From Mustelus asterias (taxonomy: Eukaryota), in the NCBI RefSeq assembly GCF_964213995.1, contig NC_135816.1:47430001-47494000 (forward strand): DNA of 64,000 bases, read 5' to 3'. The notes below the pieces were generated by a model that was not told the origin of the DNA, searched no databases, and saw only the letters and a list, made by a program, of their open reading frames with translations. The position numbers were made by a program, and so were the translations under genes. Numbering within the stretch: position 1 is the first letter of the stretch; each line of letters opens with the position of its first letter. This document shows, one piece after another, positions 37,528 through 50,810 of this stretch.

Positions 37528-37834
37528 TAGAACATAGAACATAGAAAGCCACAGCACAAACAGGCCCTTCGGCCCACAAGTTGCGCCGATCACATCCCCA
37601 CCTCTAGGCCTATCTATAGCCCTCAATCCCATTAAATCCCATGTACTCATCCAGAAGTCTCTTAAAAGACCCCAACGAGTTTGCCTCCACCACCACCGAC
37701 GTCAGCCGATTCCACTCACCCACCACCCTCTGAGTGAAAAACTTACCCCTGACATCCCCCCTGTACCTACCCCCCAGCACCTTAAACCTGTGTCCCCTCG
37801 TAGCAACCATTTCAGCCCTTGGAAATAGCCTCCA
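37528..37834 (-). mobile_element. Young short CR1 3' fragment inserted in an older plus-strand CR1 (approx. 37270-37980)
   Basis: ORF 37610..37888 contains TRGHRFKVLGGRYRGDVRGKFFTQRVVGEWN; tail (TTCTATG)n at 37528-37546. Confidence 0.9.
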
Positions 37835-37989
37835 TGTGAAAGATTGACTCTGGGTCCTCTGTTCACAATTTACATAAACAATTTGCACTCAGGACTTGGA
37901 AGTAGCATTTTTAAATTTGTCAATGACACTAATTTTGGGTTTGTTCAATAAAGACTACATTAAAAGAGTCATTAAACTTATACAATTTG

Positions 37990-38915
37990 CCTTGAAGGAA
38001 ACGGAGAAGGGCTGATATAGTTCCAGGTTAGGATGCTGTGTGGCTTGGCAGGGAACTTGCAAGTGGTGGTGTTCCCGTGGGTCGGGTGCCATTATCTTTC
38101 TAGGTAGTAGATGCCATGGGTTTCAATGGTGCGATCGAAAGAGCCTTGGTGAGTTTCTGCAGGGCATCTTGTATATTGTACATACTGTTGCCATTTTGCA
38201 TCAGTGGTGGAGATAGTGAATGTTTTAAGTTGCTGGATTGCGTGCCAATTGAGCAGACGGCTTTGCTTTGTTGGAATTGCACTCATCCAGACAAGTGGAA
38301 AGCATGCCTTCACACGCCTGACTTCTGCCTCATGAATGGTGGACAGGCTTTAGAAAGTCAGGTGGTGAGTTACATAGCTCAGAATTCCCAGTCTCTGACC
38401 AGATCTCGTAGCCCCAGTATGTATATGGCCAGTCCTGTTTCTGGTCAATGGTAATCCCCAGGATATTGATAGTGGGGGATTTAGTGATGGTTAGGTTCAA
38501 TCTTGTTGGAGCTGCATCGGCTACTGAATGGGAATTGGAGATGGGCTTTGCCTGGCACTCGTGTGTTGCAAACGTTAACTTGCCACTTCTCAGCCCAAGC
38601 CTGAACGTCGTCAGGTCTTGCTGCATTGGCACAGAATACTTTAGTATTTGAAAATTGTGAATGGTGCTGCAGTGAACATCCCCACTTCTGATCTGATGAT
38701 GGAGAAGTGGGTATTGAAGAAGCAGCTGAAGATGGTTGAACCTAGGACACTCACCTGAAGAACTCTTGCAACAATGTCCTGGGACTGAGGTGATTGGCAT
38801 CCAACTACCACGACCATCTTAGTTTGTGCTAGGTATGATTCTAATCAGTGGTGAGTTTCCCCCCTGATTCTCATTGCCGGGGCTGCCTTGATGTTAGGGG
38901 CAGTCACTCTCAGGG
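37990..38915 (-). mobile_element. Degenerate CR1/L2-superfamily LINE (second family)
   Basis: Remnants such as INILGITIDQK and FPLVWMSAIPT; same family as 40775-41330. Confidence 0.7.
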
Positions 38916-39128
38916 CTGTATCTTAGAACATAATAGCCACAAATTTAGTATGTTTAATAGATTCTCAGCTGAAATGCCACATGTATCATCCATGGAATGA
39001 AAATGAGAGAAGTCGTACTCCCAGGAGATGAATTTCTTTTAGCGAATAAGACTATTCTCAGCAGTCCATTTTCATTTCCACTTTCCTGCTGTCCACACAA
39101 CAGAAGGCTTCCGTCCAATGCACCTTAC

Positions 39129-39304
39129 CTGTTTATTTGCCAATAGCACTAGTGGTAGTAATGGATCTTGTTTCAGCAGCCGATGCAGCTCCTGCCCAGC
39201 AAGAGGCAAACGTTCCTCGTTTGCAGAATCCACCACATAAATTAATATTTGGGCTTTGTTTAGGTAGAGATTCCAGTAGGAGCGCAAGTTGCAGCTACCT
39301 CCAA
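39129..39304 (-). CDS. ARL10: ARL10 exon 3 (176 nt)
   Basis: ttacag|TT GGA GGT AGC..AAA CAG|gtaagg; (I)GGSCNLRSYWNLYLNKAQILIYVVDSANEERLPLAGQELHRLLKQDPLLPLVLLANKQ. Confidence 0.96.
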
Positions 39305-40774
39305 CTGTAAAATAAAATGTATCTTCAAGAACTAAACAGGATATTTTGTGCATTTTTTAAGATTAAAAGGAATGTACTATTCAGATTGCAACTTGCATTT
39401 TCTAGCATTCCTTAAATGCTGCCAGGTGTCTCAAAACACTAAGTGAACGCTGTAATGTCCTAATCATGTTAGGGGGTCATGGGTTTGAAACAAAAAGGAA
39501 AAAAAATGTGGTTTGCACACAGATTCAAAGTAACTCACAACAGATTAATTAAAAGAGATGTTCCCTGCACAGAGCAGAAACGAAACTAAACGTCTGTGAA
39601 ACAGTCCAATGACATCACCATCAAATCATACAATCAGCTCTTAAAGCAATCATGCAACTACTCAAATATATATCAAATATCAGGCTGGAGGGAAAAGGGC
39701 AAGAATCTGAAATTAGTTGTGAAGAAAAGGTTTTTATTCAATAGAGAGGATGGCGGTAACGTTGAAAATAAATAGATATTTTCAGAGGACAGGAAGATTA
39801 TGATTAAACCTGCCAATAACGATGAAACAGAAGTCAAGGTGTAACAGCGTTAAAGCAAAGTGTGTATGCAGAAACATGAAACTGGAAGAATCAGCAATGC
39901 CATGGAGGAGTTTGAAAACCAAGAATGTGAAAGAATGTATTTGGTCTCTGGGAACCAGCAGAGCTTAGAGGAAATTCTGAGCAAGGACACAGACTGCCAG
40001 ATTCTCAATGGATTGTAACTGGTTGAAGGAGCATGGTCAAATCAATTCAACAAAGTTGTGCCTCGATGCTGGGATGCCTTCACCTGAACTGTGCTGTAAC
40101 CAGTGTCACAGTGAATATACAGATATGCATTTTATAGAATGGTCATTTACATCAAACACACAAAAAATTTAATAAATGTATTTGAAAGATTGTATTATAC
40201 AATTCAGAGGTTTTGGGGTACTGCAAGCTGTTCTCTAATAGCAACTCAATCAAACAGGAGCAGCATCACCCACAGCCAAATATTAACTATCTTCCTTACA
40301 AATGTGTCCCCTAATGATTTAAATATCCAAGAATTTGGCTATACCCTGGGTCTGTTGACCTACAAACACTTAATATTTCACAGAGATCACTCCAGTGACC
40401 TTTGACTTAGTTTACTTCTAAAACATGAGCAAAGACATCAATAGAGAAAATAGATGCTACTTGTTCAATATGCTAATAGATTAACCGATTTGCAAATAAT
40501 TACAAATAACTGAGCCAAAGAAAATGGTGAGGCTGAATAAAAACTGAACCTGTGTATCCATGTTAATTGGACAATATAATTCAGAGAACGATAACTGCAA
40601 TTTAATTGAAATTATTCTTTCCACTTCTTTAACAGTCCCCACTGCCTCTAGTCATGTCAAAGCTGCTTTGTTAGCTTCCTCGCCATCTTTATTCAATGCT
40701 GTTGGAATAATTTACGCTATAGTAAAAGCGGATTGAATGTCAATGATAAATGTCACACCAACATTCCCCATATT

Positions 40775-41330
40775 TTTGTATTCATTCGCGGGATGTGGGC
40801 TTTGCTGGCAAGGCCAGCATTCATTGCCCATCCCTAATTGCCCTTGAGAAGGGTGGCGAGCTGCCTTCTGAAACCATTACAGTCCATTTTTGTAGTTACT
40901 AACACAGTGCTGTTAGGAAGGGAGTTGCAGGATTTTGATCAAGCGACAGTGAAGGAATGCCGACATAGTGTCTTCCATATAAGTCAGGATGGTGATGTTC
41001 CCATGTATCTGCTGCCCTTTTCCTTCTAGATGGTGGTGGTCATGGGTTTGGAAGGTGCTGTCTAAGGAACCTTGGTAGGTGGTACACACTGCTGCTACTG
41101 CGTGTCAGTGGTGGAAGGAGTGAATGTTTGTGGAAGGGATGCCTATCAAGCGGGCTGCTTCATTCTGGATAGCGCCTTGGTTCTTGGGTGTTGGAGCTGC
41201 ACTCGTTGAAGCAAGGGGAGAGTATTCCATCATACTCCCGAATTGTGCCTTGTAGATTGTGAACAGGCTTTGAGGAGTCAGGAGGCAAGTTACTCGCCAC
41301 AGGATTCCTCGTCTCTGACCAGTATAGCCT
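40775..41330 (-). mobile_element. CR1/L2-superfamily LINE 3' fragment (second family)
   Basis: ORF 41105..41341 LTPQSLFTIYKAQFGSMMEYSPLA..IQNEAARLIG; 3' tail GGGCAATTAGGGATGGGCAATGAATGCTGGCC shared with the SINE at 46721. Confidence 0.8.
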
Positions 41331-42702
41331 AACTGCTGCATGAACCCATCTGCCTATATAGTTATAACTTATGAATTTCTATACTACTTACCACAACAAG
41401 CTGTGTAGCATCTGTAAACCTCCATTGATTGGTTACAACCATTGTATTTCTGTATGGTACAGTAAAATATTGGGTGGTTGTATGTTGTGCAGGTGGGACA
41501 CATGCAATTTAGTAAAAGACTGATTTCTTAAGTACTGTATTGTTGTAAATAATCTTCCTCCATTGTTCCAACCTGCTCAAACAGCAGGGTTTACATCAAT
41601 TTTAATTTCTGCCAGATCTGCTGGATTCTCCACCGTTGAAACTCCAATAGGAATTCTGCTCCTTCGCTGCTGAATGTTGATAATTTGTATAATTAAGATT
41701 GTACAGTTATCAAGATTAACTTAAATTATCCGTCATCTTGAAAGTTCTACACCAAAGATTACCAGCATGCTTGTTTGCCAAAATTATGCACCTCACACAA
41801 ATTTCTGCTTATAGACTGCAGTAAATGACTTTTAAAAAAACCCTCGTTTTCATTAGCTTAGTGATTCTCAATTTTTCTTTCCTTTTTTCATCATTAATGG
41901 CCTTCCAAATTCATAATCTAATCTACTAAGAATTCAATTTTACATTCAACAGCTTCCTTCATAGGACATTCCCTTGAATTTCTTTATCAATGTGATAGCT
42001 GAATCACTATTGTTCTCTATTCGGCTTGGTGTGTTTACAGTTCCTCAAATCTCTCATATCTCTCGCTGGTATAACTAGAATCTATACTTTAGAAGGTCCA
42101 CCTTTACCCCTTCATCTGTGAAAATGTTGACCTTGCTATCGCTGACTTCAAACAGCATTCCATAGCTCTCTCTTTTATGCCAAATACCTTTCTGTTCAAA
42201 ATTTGAATATTGCTCCTATATCTGTCAAGGTTCTGTTAGGATTCTTATACTTATGGGAAAAGCTAGGCTTTTCCTCCTCAACTGAAAATATTCCATTCTA
42301 TAGATTTTCCCTCTTTCTTTAACCTCAATGTTGCAATTATTTAATAATTTGTTTCCCAGACTTGTAAAAACTAATTTTGGCTTTACCTAATCACCAATAT
42401 TGTGTCTCCACTTACTCTGTTGAACTCTGTGATGTACCTTTGCATTTTGCTTTGGCATCATGCATCTTATTGACAACCTCATGTAACAGGATTGCTTTTC
42501 CTGTGGATAACAAGTTATATTCAAGTAGCGTCTTTAAAGTAATAAAATGTTTCAAGGCACTAAACACTGGAGGATTATGAAACAAAATATAACATGAGAT
42601 GTTAGAGCCAATGAACAAAAGCTTGGTCAAAGAGAGATTTTGAAGAACATTTTCTTTGAACAATTCTTCTGAATCTTGCATCTTGTATCATGTTGTACTC
42701 AC

Positions 42703-42871
42703 TTTCAAGGAAATCCAATTTGCAGCCTCCTGCGTGTATGCAGACTGCATTAAAGCCTTGAGTAGGTGATGTGCTTTGCTTCACTGTGTGATCGGCCAAA
42801 CAGTTGAGAATGCTGGTTTTTCCTGCACCATCTAAACCAAGAACCAGAATCTGCTTTTCCCTAGGTTGGAT
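42703..42871 (-). CDS. ARL10: ARL10 exon 2 (169 nt)
   Basis: aaacag|ATC CAA CCT..GAA A|gtgagt; IQPREKQILVLGLDGAGKTSILNCLADHTVKQSTSPTQGFNAVCIHAGGCKLDFLE; P-loop GLDGAGKT and switch I PTQGFN. Confidence 0.96.
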
Positions 42872-43389
42872 CTGTTTGAAAAAAACTCCAATTAATAAAG
42901 AAACTAACTATGCAATTAAATAAACATCAAGCTAATGAAATCACAATACATAAGAGTTAAAAAGGGTAACGGTTATTACATGTAACAAAGAGACAAAACC
43001 CATCTAATATGCTGGACAAATATTGATTCTTCCATCATCAATATATCTTCGAGCCACAAATCTTAATTTGCTGTGTAAGACTTCCACTTTACCCCACTAT
43101 CAGCATACATACATTACTTCATTGTCCATTCCAATATAATGCTAGCTGCTGAGATTATGGATAAAATATTCTGGGATGTATGCCAGTTTACTGCTACTGA
43201 AATTATGTCACAGTATCCTAATCAAGCCTTCTCCCATACATACAAGGAAAGCAACAAAGAAGCTAAAATCAGAAGTGTAAAGGATAAATTAAAAGAAAAT
43301 ATATATGAGAGGCTGTGGAAGAGATTCACCAGAATGGTTCCAAGGATGAGTGAATTGAGCTACAAGGTTAGTTTTGAGAAGCTAGGGTT

Positions 43390-43669
43390 GGGTGGCACAG
43401 TGGTTAGCACTACTGCCTCACAGTGCCAGGGACTCAGGTTCGATTCTTGGCTTGGGTCACTGTCTATGCGGAGTCTATACGTTCTCCCCATGTCTGCGTG
43501 GGTTTTCTCCGGGTGCTCCAGTTTCCTCCCACAGTTTGAAACATGCTGGTTAGGTGCATTGGCCATGCTAAAATCTCCCTCAGTGTACCCAAACAGATGC
43601 TAGAGTGTGGCGTCTAGGGGATTTTCATAGCAGTATAAGCCTACTTGTGAGATTAATAAATAAATAAAT
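43390..43669 (+). mobile_element. SINE with HE1-type head and alternative tail, nested in a CR1 (approx. 43300-44045)
   Basis: GGGTGGCACAGTGGTTAGCAC..GGTTCGATTC; tail ends TAATAAATAAATAAA. Confidence 0.88.
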
Positions 43670-44359
43670 TTGGAACAAGAGGTAGATGGGGAGATCTGAT
43701 AGAGGTAAACAAGATTATGACAGGCTTAAGACAAGGTAAAAAGCTGTTCCTATTAGCTAAATCATAAGAACTATGGGACAGAGATTTATGGTTTTGAGCA
43801 CGAGATACAGAGGGGTGTGAGGATTTTCTTTATGCAGCAAGTTCTAATGACCTGGAACTTACTGCCCACAAGAAAGCAGAGATGATTAATGATTTCAAGA
43901 GGAAACTAAATGGACATTTGAGGGAAATAAACTTGCAGGGCTACAGCAACAGAATGGGACCACTGGAAACTAACTGGATTGCTCTACAGAGAGCCAGCAT
44001 GAAATTGATGGAACAAATGGCCTCCTGTGCCATAATGACTATGACAATTAAGTAACTGAAGTAGAAAGCATGTTTAGGTTAAAGGAAAACACTGCCGATG
44101 CAGGAATCTGAAACTAAAAAAGAAAATGCTGGAAAATCTCAGCCGGTCTGACCACATCTGTGGAGAGAGACTAGAGCCAAGCATCTTTAGGTAGTGGACT
44201 GTTTAAAAATATCAAAATTGATCGATGATAGATCACAGAGGCTTTCAACTTTCTCCAATCAATTCACTGCTGAGGCTACTTTCCACCTGCTGTTGAATAG
44301 AACAAAGAAAAAGTATAAAATGTTAAATTGCAGTTGAAATAAGCTTTTCCTGTAACTCC

Positions 44360-45860
44360 GCTTGTCCCACTCATGCCAATTCCACATAGAACTACAAATA
44401 TCTTCTCTTTGGGTGTATGTCCACTTCCGTTTTGAAACCCATGATTAAATCTGCCTCCACCATACTCTAGGGAAGTGCATTCCAGAACCTAACTATTTGC
44501 TGCATAAAAGAGTTTTTCCTCATGTCACCATTGACCAAAGAAACAATCACTTTAAAATTAATGCCCTATGGGTTCCTGATTCTTCCACCAATAGGAACAA
44601 TTTCTCCACTTACTCTGCCTAGATCCCTCATGATGTTGAGCACTTCTATTACATCACCTCATCTCTTCTGTAAGGATAACAACCCCAGATTCCCCAATCC
44701 ATTCACGTAACTGAAGTGCCTCAACTCCAGAAATATTCTCACAAATCACTTCTGAACCTTATCTAAAACTGTCACATCCATCCTGAAGTGTGGTGTCCAG
44801 AATTGGGCATAGTAATCCACTTAAGGTTGAACTGGTGTTTTATACATGTTGATCAGAACTTCCTTGCTTTTGTACCTCTATTCATGAAGCTCAGAATCCC
44901 ATATTGCATTTAACCACTTACCTGTCACCTTCAATAATGTGTGCATATACCCCAAAATTTCTGTGTATCCTTTATTTTATATTGTCTCTACTCATTCTTC
45001 CTACATAAATGTATCACTTCACTCCTTTCTGCATTATATTTAATCTGCCACATGAGCACATATTCCACCAGCCTGTGTCCTCTTGAAACAAGTTTTATGT
45101 CATCTGCAAATTTTGAAATTGTGCCCTGTACACACAAATCTAGTTCATTTATAGAGATCAAGAAATGGTATACTGAACTCTGGGAAACCCCACTGTGTAC
45201 CTTCCTCTAAGAAGCTACCATTCACCACTACTCTATTTCATTACTGCCACTGTCACATTTATTCCATGGGCATCAGCTTTGTTGGCATTGTGTTGCATTT
45301 GTTTAAATGCCCTTTAGAAGTCCAAATACACCAGATCAGCCTCATTACCCTCGTCAATCCTGTTACCCCATCAAAAAATACAATCAATCATAGTTATTAA
45401 ACACAATTTGCCCTGAACAGAGTTGATCACCATGCCACACACTATGGTCTGAGCTGATGTCTGTGTTGTCTTTCTTAAGGAGCAATTTGCTACTTCCCTG
45501 GCTTCTCCCCATAGTCCTGCTCATTCTTCCTTTTCAGATAATAATCCAAGCTCCTCTTGAATGCCTCAATTGAACCTGTCTCCACCACACTCTCAGGCAG
45601 TGCATTCCATATCCTAGCCAGTATATGCATGAGAAAGGTTTTCCACATGTCACCATTGCTTCATTTGCCAATTCTTTTAAATCTTTGCTCTCTGGTTCTC
45701 GATCCTTCCACTCATGGGAACAATTTCTACTCGCTGCTCTGTCCGGACCCCTCACGATTTTGGATACCTCTACCAAATCATTTCTCAACTTTCTCTTCTC
45801 CAAGGAGAATAGCCCCAACTTCTGCAATCTTATCAATGTAACTGAAATTTCTCATCCCCG
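44360..45860 (-). mobile_element. Two adjacent degenerate CR1 fragments
   Basis: ORF 45534..45836 contains RLQKLGLFSLEKRKLRNDLVEVSKIV; FAD-type remnant (CATCTGCAAATTTTGAAATTGTGCC) near 45100. Confidence 0.75.
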
Positions 45861-45864
45861 TTTT

Positions 45865-46369
45865 ACCTCGCGGCTATTAAAAAGCTGAAATTGCGCAAGT
45901 AGAGGTTGGAAGCTGCGCAGTCATTAAGGCAGTCCGAGTTGGAGCAGGTTTGAGGGAATTCAGAGGCTTGATCTTCGAAAGTGAAATGTTTGAAGTCCCT
46001 CATAAGGGAGGCAGAGTTTCAATAAGACCGGTTCACTCAGTGTTAACTGATGTCGCCGGATGGATTGCTGAGAAATCTGTGGGATCTTGGTGATATTTGC
46101 TATTTACTGTAGTGTGTAGTGTTCAACCACAGTTTACCTGTTAATTCACTTGTTATTCATATTAATCCTGCATGTTAGAATACAAGAGATTAGCAAGTTT
46201 TTTTTTCTAATAAAGTTTATTTCTGTTTCTTCAAAGCCTGTGGAATCTTGAGTCTTTATTCCCTTAGCAAGAGTCTTAAATCTCAAACGTTGTCAATCTT
46301 AAACAGAATATTATTGGTCCCTAACTGAATCTTACCAATAACCTGGGGATCTGGTCCAAGATCATAACA
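45865..46369 (+). mobile_element. Probable partial LTR
   Basis: AATAAA near 46209 and a 3' end ..GATCATAACA typical of LTR termini; no 5' TG end or TSD found. Confidence 0.35.
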
Positions 46370-46720
46370 CTCCCTAGGTTATAAAAAGGAGAATAATTTG
46401 GGATGATGCCCGCTGATATCTGCTATTGAGTGATCCCTTTGGAAAATGCATGTTTGTGGCTGTTTTGTGATTATCCACATGGAATAACATGCCAAACTCA
46501 CTATCTTGACTCGCATCTAGAAAACAGTCCTTTGGGTGAGCGGGTGAAGGGCTGTATACAAGGAGTTGGCATAATCTGGAAAGAGAAGCAGAAAACCTGG
46601 GAAGGGCAGAACATAGACTTTATGCTTTGGAACCTCATCCAATTTGCTGCAGCAATGGCTGCACATGCTTAAGAAATACATAAAAAGCCAAGCAACAGAA
46701 GTAGGCTGTTCAGCCCCTTG

Positions 46721-47075
46721 AGGGAGGCAATGGCTTAATGGTATTACCGCTAGACTATTAATCCAGAAACTCAGCTAATGTTCTGGGGACCCGGGTTCGA
46801 ATCCCGCCACGGCAGATGGTGGAATTTGAATTCATTAAGTAGCATCTGGAATTAAGAATCTGCTGATGACCATGAAATCATTATCGATTGTTGAAAAAAA
46901 AACTTCTGGTTCACTAATACTCTTTAGGGAAGGAAATCTGCTGTCCTTACCTGGTCTGGTGTACATGTGACTCCAGACCCACAGCAATATGGTTGACTCT
47001 CAACTACCCTCTGAACAAGGGCAACTAGGGATGGGTGATAAATGCTGGCCAGCCAGCGACGTCCAAATGAATTTT
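46721..47075 (+). mobile_element. tRNA-derived SINE with a tail from the second LINE family
   Basis: A box TGGCTTAATGG, B box GGTTCGAATCCC; 3' end GGGCAACTAGGGATGGGTGATAAATGCTGGCC matches the LINE tail at 40800-40846; head fragment also at 17545-17635. Confidence 0.85.
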
Positions 47076-47684
47076 TAAAAATCCCTATTTCACCATTCAG
47101 TGAAATCACAGTTTTTGTATCTTAACTCTGTCCATCTGTCTTGGTCCATATCCTTTATACTCTTCTAGCAAAAATCTCAAAATCAAAACTATTAATTGCA
47201 CTTACATCTAGTTTTTGTGGGACAAAGGTCTACACTTCTAACAGCTTTTGCATGAAGAGATATTTAAAGTTATGTTCCCTTGCCCGAGACTCCACTGCCA
47301 AGAGAGAGAGATTTCCCTCTATCCCATCAATTGCTTTCAAAATCCTAAAGAAAGCTCAAAATCACCCCTTAACCTTATATATGCCAAGAAATACAAGCAC
47401 ATTTGATGTAATCTCTTCTCATTATGTAACCCCAGGAGCCCTGATAATATTCTGGTGAAACCATGCTGAACTCATTCCAAGGCCGACACATCCTTTCTAA
47501 GGTGTGCTGCCCAGAACCATACAGAGTACTCCAGATTAGTCCAACCAGGCCTTTGTATTGCTGTAGCAAAACTTCACAACATTTATATTCTGACACTCTA
47601 GTTATAATGGCTAACATTCCATTAACATTTATTTCCACTTGTCTAGTACATTTTAATGATCGGTGTGCATGACTCCCTAGTAGC

Positions 47685-47963
47685 TACAGCGCAATGGTTA
47701 GCGCTGCTACCTCATTTCTAGGGATCTGGGTTCAATGCCGGCCTTGGGTGACTGTGGAGTTTGCACATTCTCCCTGTGTCTGCGTGGGTTTTCTCCGAGT
47801 GCTCCGGTTTCCTCCCACAGTCCAAAGATGTGCGGGTTAGATGGATTGGCCATGCTAAATTAACCCTTAGTGTCCCAAGATGTTAGGTTAGGGGGGGAAA
47901 ATATCAGAGTTGGTGCAGACTCAAAAGGCCGAATGGCCTCTTCTGCACTGTAGGGATTTTATG
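47685..47963 (+). mobile_element. HE1-like SINE in ARL10 intron 1
   Basis: Head, body and CR1 tail as in the other copies. Confidence 0.9.
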
Positions 47964-48360
47964 AACATTCAATCATAATTTCATACGAGGTTTATAATTC
48001 CAGATTTATTAATGGAATTTAAAATCCCACCACCTACCATAGTAGAATTTAAACTCATATCTTGGGCCCCTGGATTACTAGTCCAGTGAAATTCACCACC
48101 ACCTCTCTCCTGATGGTGGGACAGGACATATTTAGGAATGGTAATGTGGTACTCTGGAACATTGACCGTAATATATGATCTTCATGTCTGACCGTGTCTT
48201 CAGTGGTAATGTCACTGGACTAGTAATCCAGCATCCTAGGCTGTTGCTTGACTTGTTTGTGGGATAACTCTCCCAATTGCCTTCTGGAAGGCTATTTTAA
48301 CTCCATTCATTGAAATTCCCCACCTGCTACTTAAGTAACTTCATCAAAAAAAAACCAAGG

Positions 48361-48481
48361 TTAGGCTCATTAGACACGACTTACTCTTTACAAATCTATG
48401 TTAGCCTTCATTAAAAAAAAGATTAGGCTCATTAGACACAATTCACCCTTTATCAATCTATGTTAGCCTTCTGTAATCGGC
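48361..48481. repeat. ~62-bp tandem duplication (CR1-derived)
   Basis: TTAGGCTCATTAGACAC..ATCTATGTTAGCCTTC occurs at 48361 and 48423. Confidence 0.85.
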
Positions 48482-49241
48482 TAAATCACTCTACAGTATT
48501 CAACTATGCTAACCAGACTATTTATTTCCTTTTTAAAGCAAATGCATGCAGCATTTTTAGCCACATTTACTCATTGAATAATTTAACTTTGGCACCATGG
48601 TCTATTGCAGGCAAAATATACTACTAGGGAAATGTTTAATGATAGTTCTGAAATTAATGAATTTGTACTTCACTTAAATATAAAATCATTAACAGACGCG
48701 ACTAAGCTGGATGAAGTCTGAATCATACCACAGATATTGTTTTATCAGTTATGTTAGTGTATCGTAATTTTCAGAGCTTTAATGAATTTCAAATTCAGCA
48801 AAACAAACTTATTTTGAATACTAGTAACCCAAAACATGATCATTTCTATAACTTTTTCCCTAATGGTTTCTTTGTTCAGTAGATTACAGCATATTCTTTA
48901 GTTCATGTCTGAGCCTCCTTATGTCATTCATCGCTGTTTATGGCTGAGAAGGAAGTAATTCGGCCAATCATAGATCCGTACCAATTCTTTATTTGGACAA
49001 TCCAAAAAAAAAACGCCTCCTACCTCCCCACAGTCCTACATCTTTCTGTATCAATTGCTCCACCACCTTTCCTTGAAAGATGCCATGATGCCTGCCTCAG
49101 TTTATGATAAAGCATTTAATTTTCTGTACAAAGAAATACCAAACCACATAATCGTAATAGGATTTTATATCGACCGCAGCCAGTTCCCGTCTCCTCCTTA
49201 TGCACAGAAGAAATGCACCTAGTTTTTTCCTTGCTTTTTAC

Positions 49242-49376
49242 CTCTTTGATACGCTCGTACTCTTCCTCGAAATAGCATCTTTTGCCGTTGAAGTACTTCC
49301 AGGAGATGAGCAGAACGCTGCCCAAGATTGCAACTACAGCTCCTATTGCAGCTCCGATTTGGCGCAGGTGACCCAT
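49242..49376 (-). CDS. ARL10: ARL10 exon 1 coding part (135 nt)
   Basis: ACCATGG Kozak context at 49376; MGHLRQIGAAIGAVVAILGSVLLISWKYFNGKRCYFEEEYERIKE|gtaaaa; N-terminal hydrophobic segment like human ARL10 (LGSVLFILWK); phase 0 fits exon 2; total 219 aa. Confidence 0.85.
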
Positions 49377-49439
49377 GGTTCCACGTTGAGGAACCAGCAC
49401 AAGAAACGTCGCCTCGCTTCTGCGCTCAGCCACTACTTG

Positions 49440-49600
49440 CTGCTTGGACGTCACGCCGCAAACTCACACCCAGCAATGATTCAAGCTCTTTCATTCTGAC
49501 AAGTAACGTGCAACACGGACCAAAGAAAGTTAAGAGACGGGTTTAGCATTTCCTGTGCACAGAGCGATTCTACTTACGGTTTGATTGGCCCAAAATCTTC
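49440..49600 (-). promoter_or_regulatory. Candidate ARL10 promoter
   Basis: CpG-rich stretch with a CRE-like GACGTCA (approx. 49447-49453) and a minus-strand CCAAT (plus ATTGG near 49584). Confidence 0.45.
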
Positions 49601-49619
49601 ACTGTAGGGATTCCCATAG

Positions 49620-49929
49620 AAGTCATATAATCCCTACAGTGCAGAAGGAGGCCATTTGGCCCATCAAGCCTGGACCAACAACAATCCCACCCAGGGATAT
49701 CCCCATAATCACACATATTTGCCCTGCTAATCCCCCTGAATGAACAATTTAGCATGGCCAATCAACTTAACCAGCACATTTTTGGACTGTGGGAGGAAAC
49801 CAGAGCACCCGGAGGAAAACCAGGCAAACGCAGAGAATGTGCAAACTCCACACAGACAGCGACCCAAGCTGGGAATCGAACCCAGATCTCTGGCACTGTG
49901 AGGCAGCAGTGTGAACCTCTGTGCCACCC
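49620..49929 (-). mobile_element. HE1-like SINE
   Basis: Reverse complement of the HE1 head, body and CR1 tail. Confidence 0.9.
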
Positions 49930-50541
49930 ACAATGAAATAGAAGAAACATCCTCAGATCATAGACAAGGGAAGATGATAACTCAAACCCTGTAGCAGTAC
50001 GCGCTCATTATTTTTCATGGATTTTCCAGATTATCGTCAGTGGCAAATATTAGTGTAATCGTGACTTCTTATCTTTCAGTGTCTGCTAAGGAAATAGCGT
50101 TTGCCAAAACAGCACATTATGTAAAGTATCATCAACTCAGATGTTATATCTCATCAAAAATTATTTATCATTTTGTTCATGACAAAAAAAACTTTTAATT
50201 CCATTCGAAGGATCTATTTATGGGGTAGGAAGGAAAGGTTTTGAAACAAAATGAAGTATTTCCCATTACCAAAAATATTGTAAGCAAGATATCCCATGTT
50301 TTCTCCATGTTAGTAAATGGATTATATATGTAAAGAATAAATTATAAATAGCCCCAGTTAATATATTGTATTCCTGGATAGAAATTCAGTAGTTTCTTCT
50401 ACTAAAATGCTCTTCAGATTTCTAAATGGGAAAAGGCTTTGGAAATCTGAAGCACAAGGGGACTTGGGAGTCCTGGCTCAGGACTCTCTTAAGGTTAACA
50501 TGCAGGTTCAGTTGGCAGTTAGGAAGGCAAATTCAATGTTA

Positions 50542-50810
50542 TCATAGAATATCATAGAAACCCTACAATGCAGAAAGAGGCCATTGGGCCCATCGAGTCT
50601 GCACCGACCACAATCCCACCCAGGCCCCACCCCCATATCCCTACATATTTACCCGCTAACCCCTCTAACCTACGCATCTCAGGACACTAAGGGACAATTT
50701 TAGCATGGCCAATTAACCTAACCCGCACATCTTTGGACTGTGGGAGGAAACCGGAGCACCCGGAGGAAACCCACGCAGACACGAAGAGAATGTGCAAACT
50801 CCACACAGAC
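50542..50810 (-). mobile_element. 5'-truncated young HE1-like SINE with 7-bp TSD
   Basis: TSD AATGTTA at 50535-50541 and 50811-50817; tRNA head missing. Confidence 0.9.

Noticed and set aside
39305-42702. miR-1271 homolog (intronic in human ARL10)
   Set aside because: No match to the recalled mature sequence and no convincing hairpin seen by eye; a formal search was not possible.
46855-46895. Hammerhead-like CTGATGA-CCAT-GAAA..ATC in a SINE
   Set aside because: Stem II is absent, stem III is only 2 bp and stem I is out of register; likely coincidental.
49377-49454. N-terminal extension of ARL10 (MTSKQQ..) from the ORF track
   Set aside because: It starts at GTG; the ATG at 49376 has a strong ACCATGG context and aligns with the expected ARL10 N-terminus.
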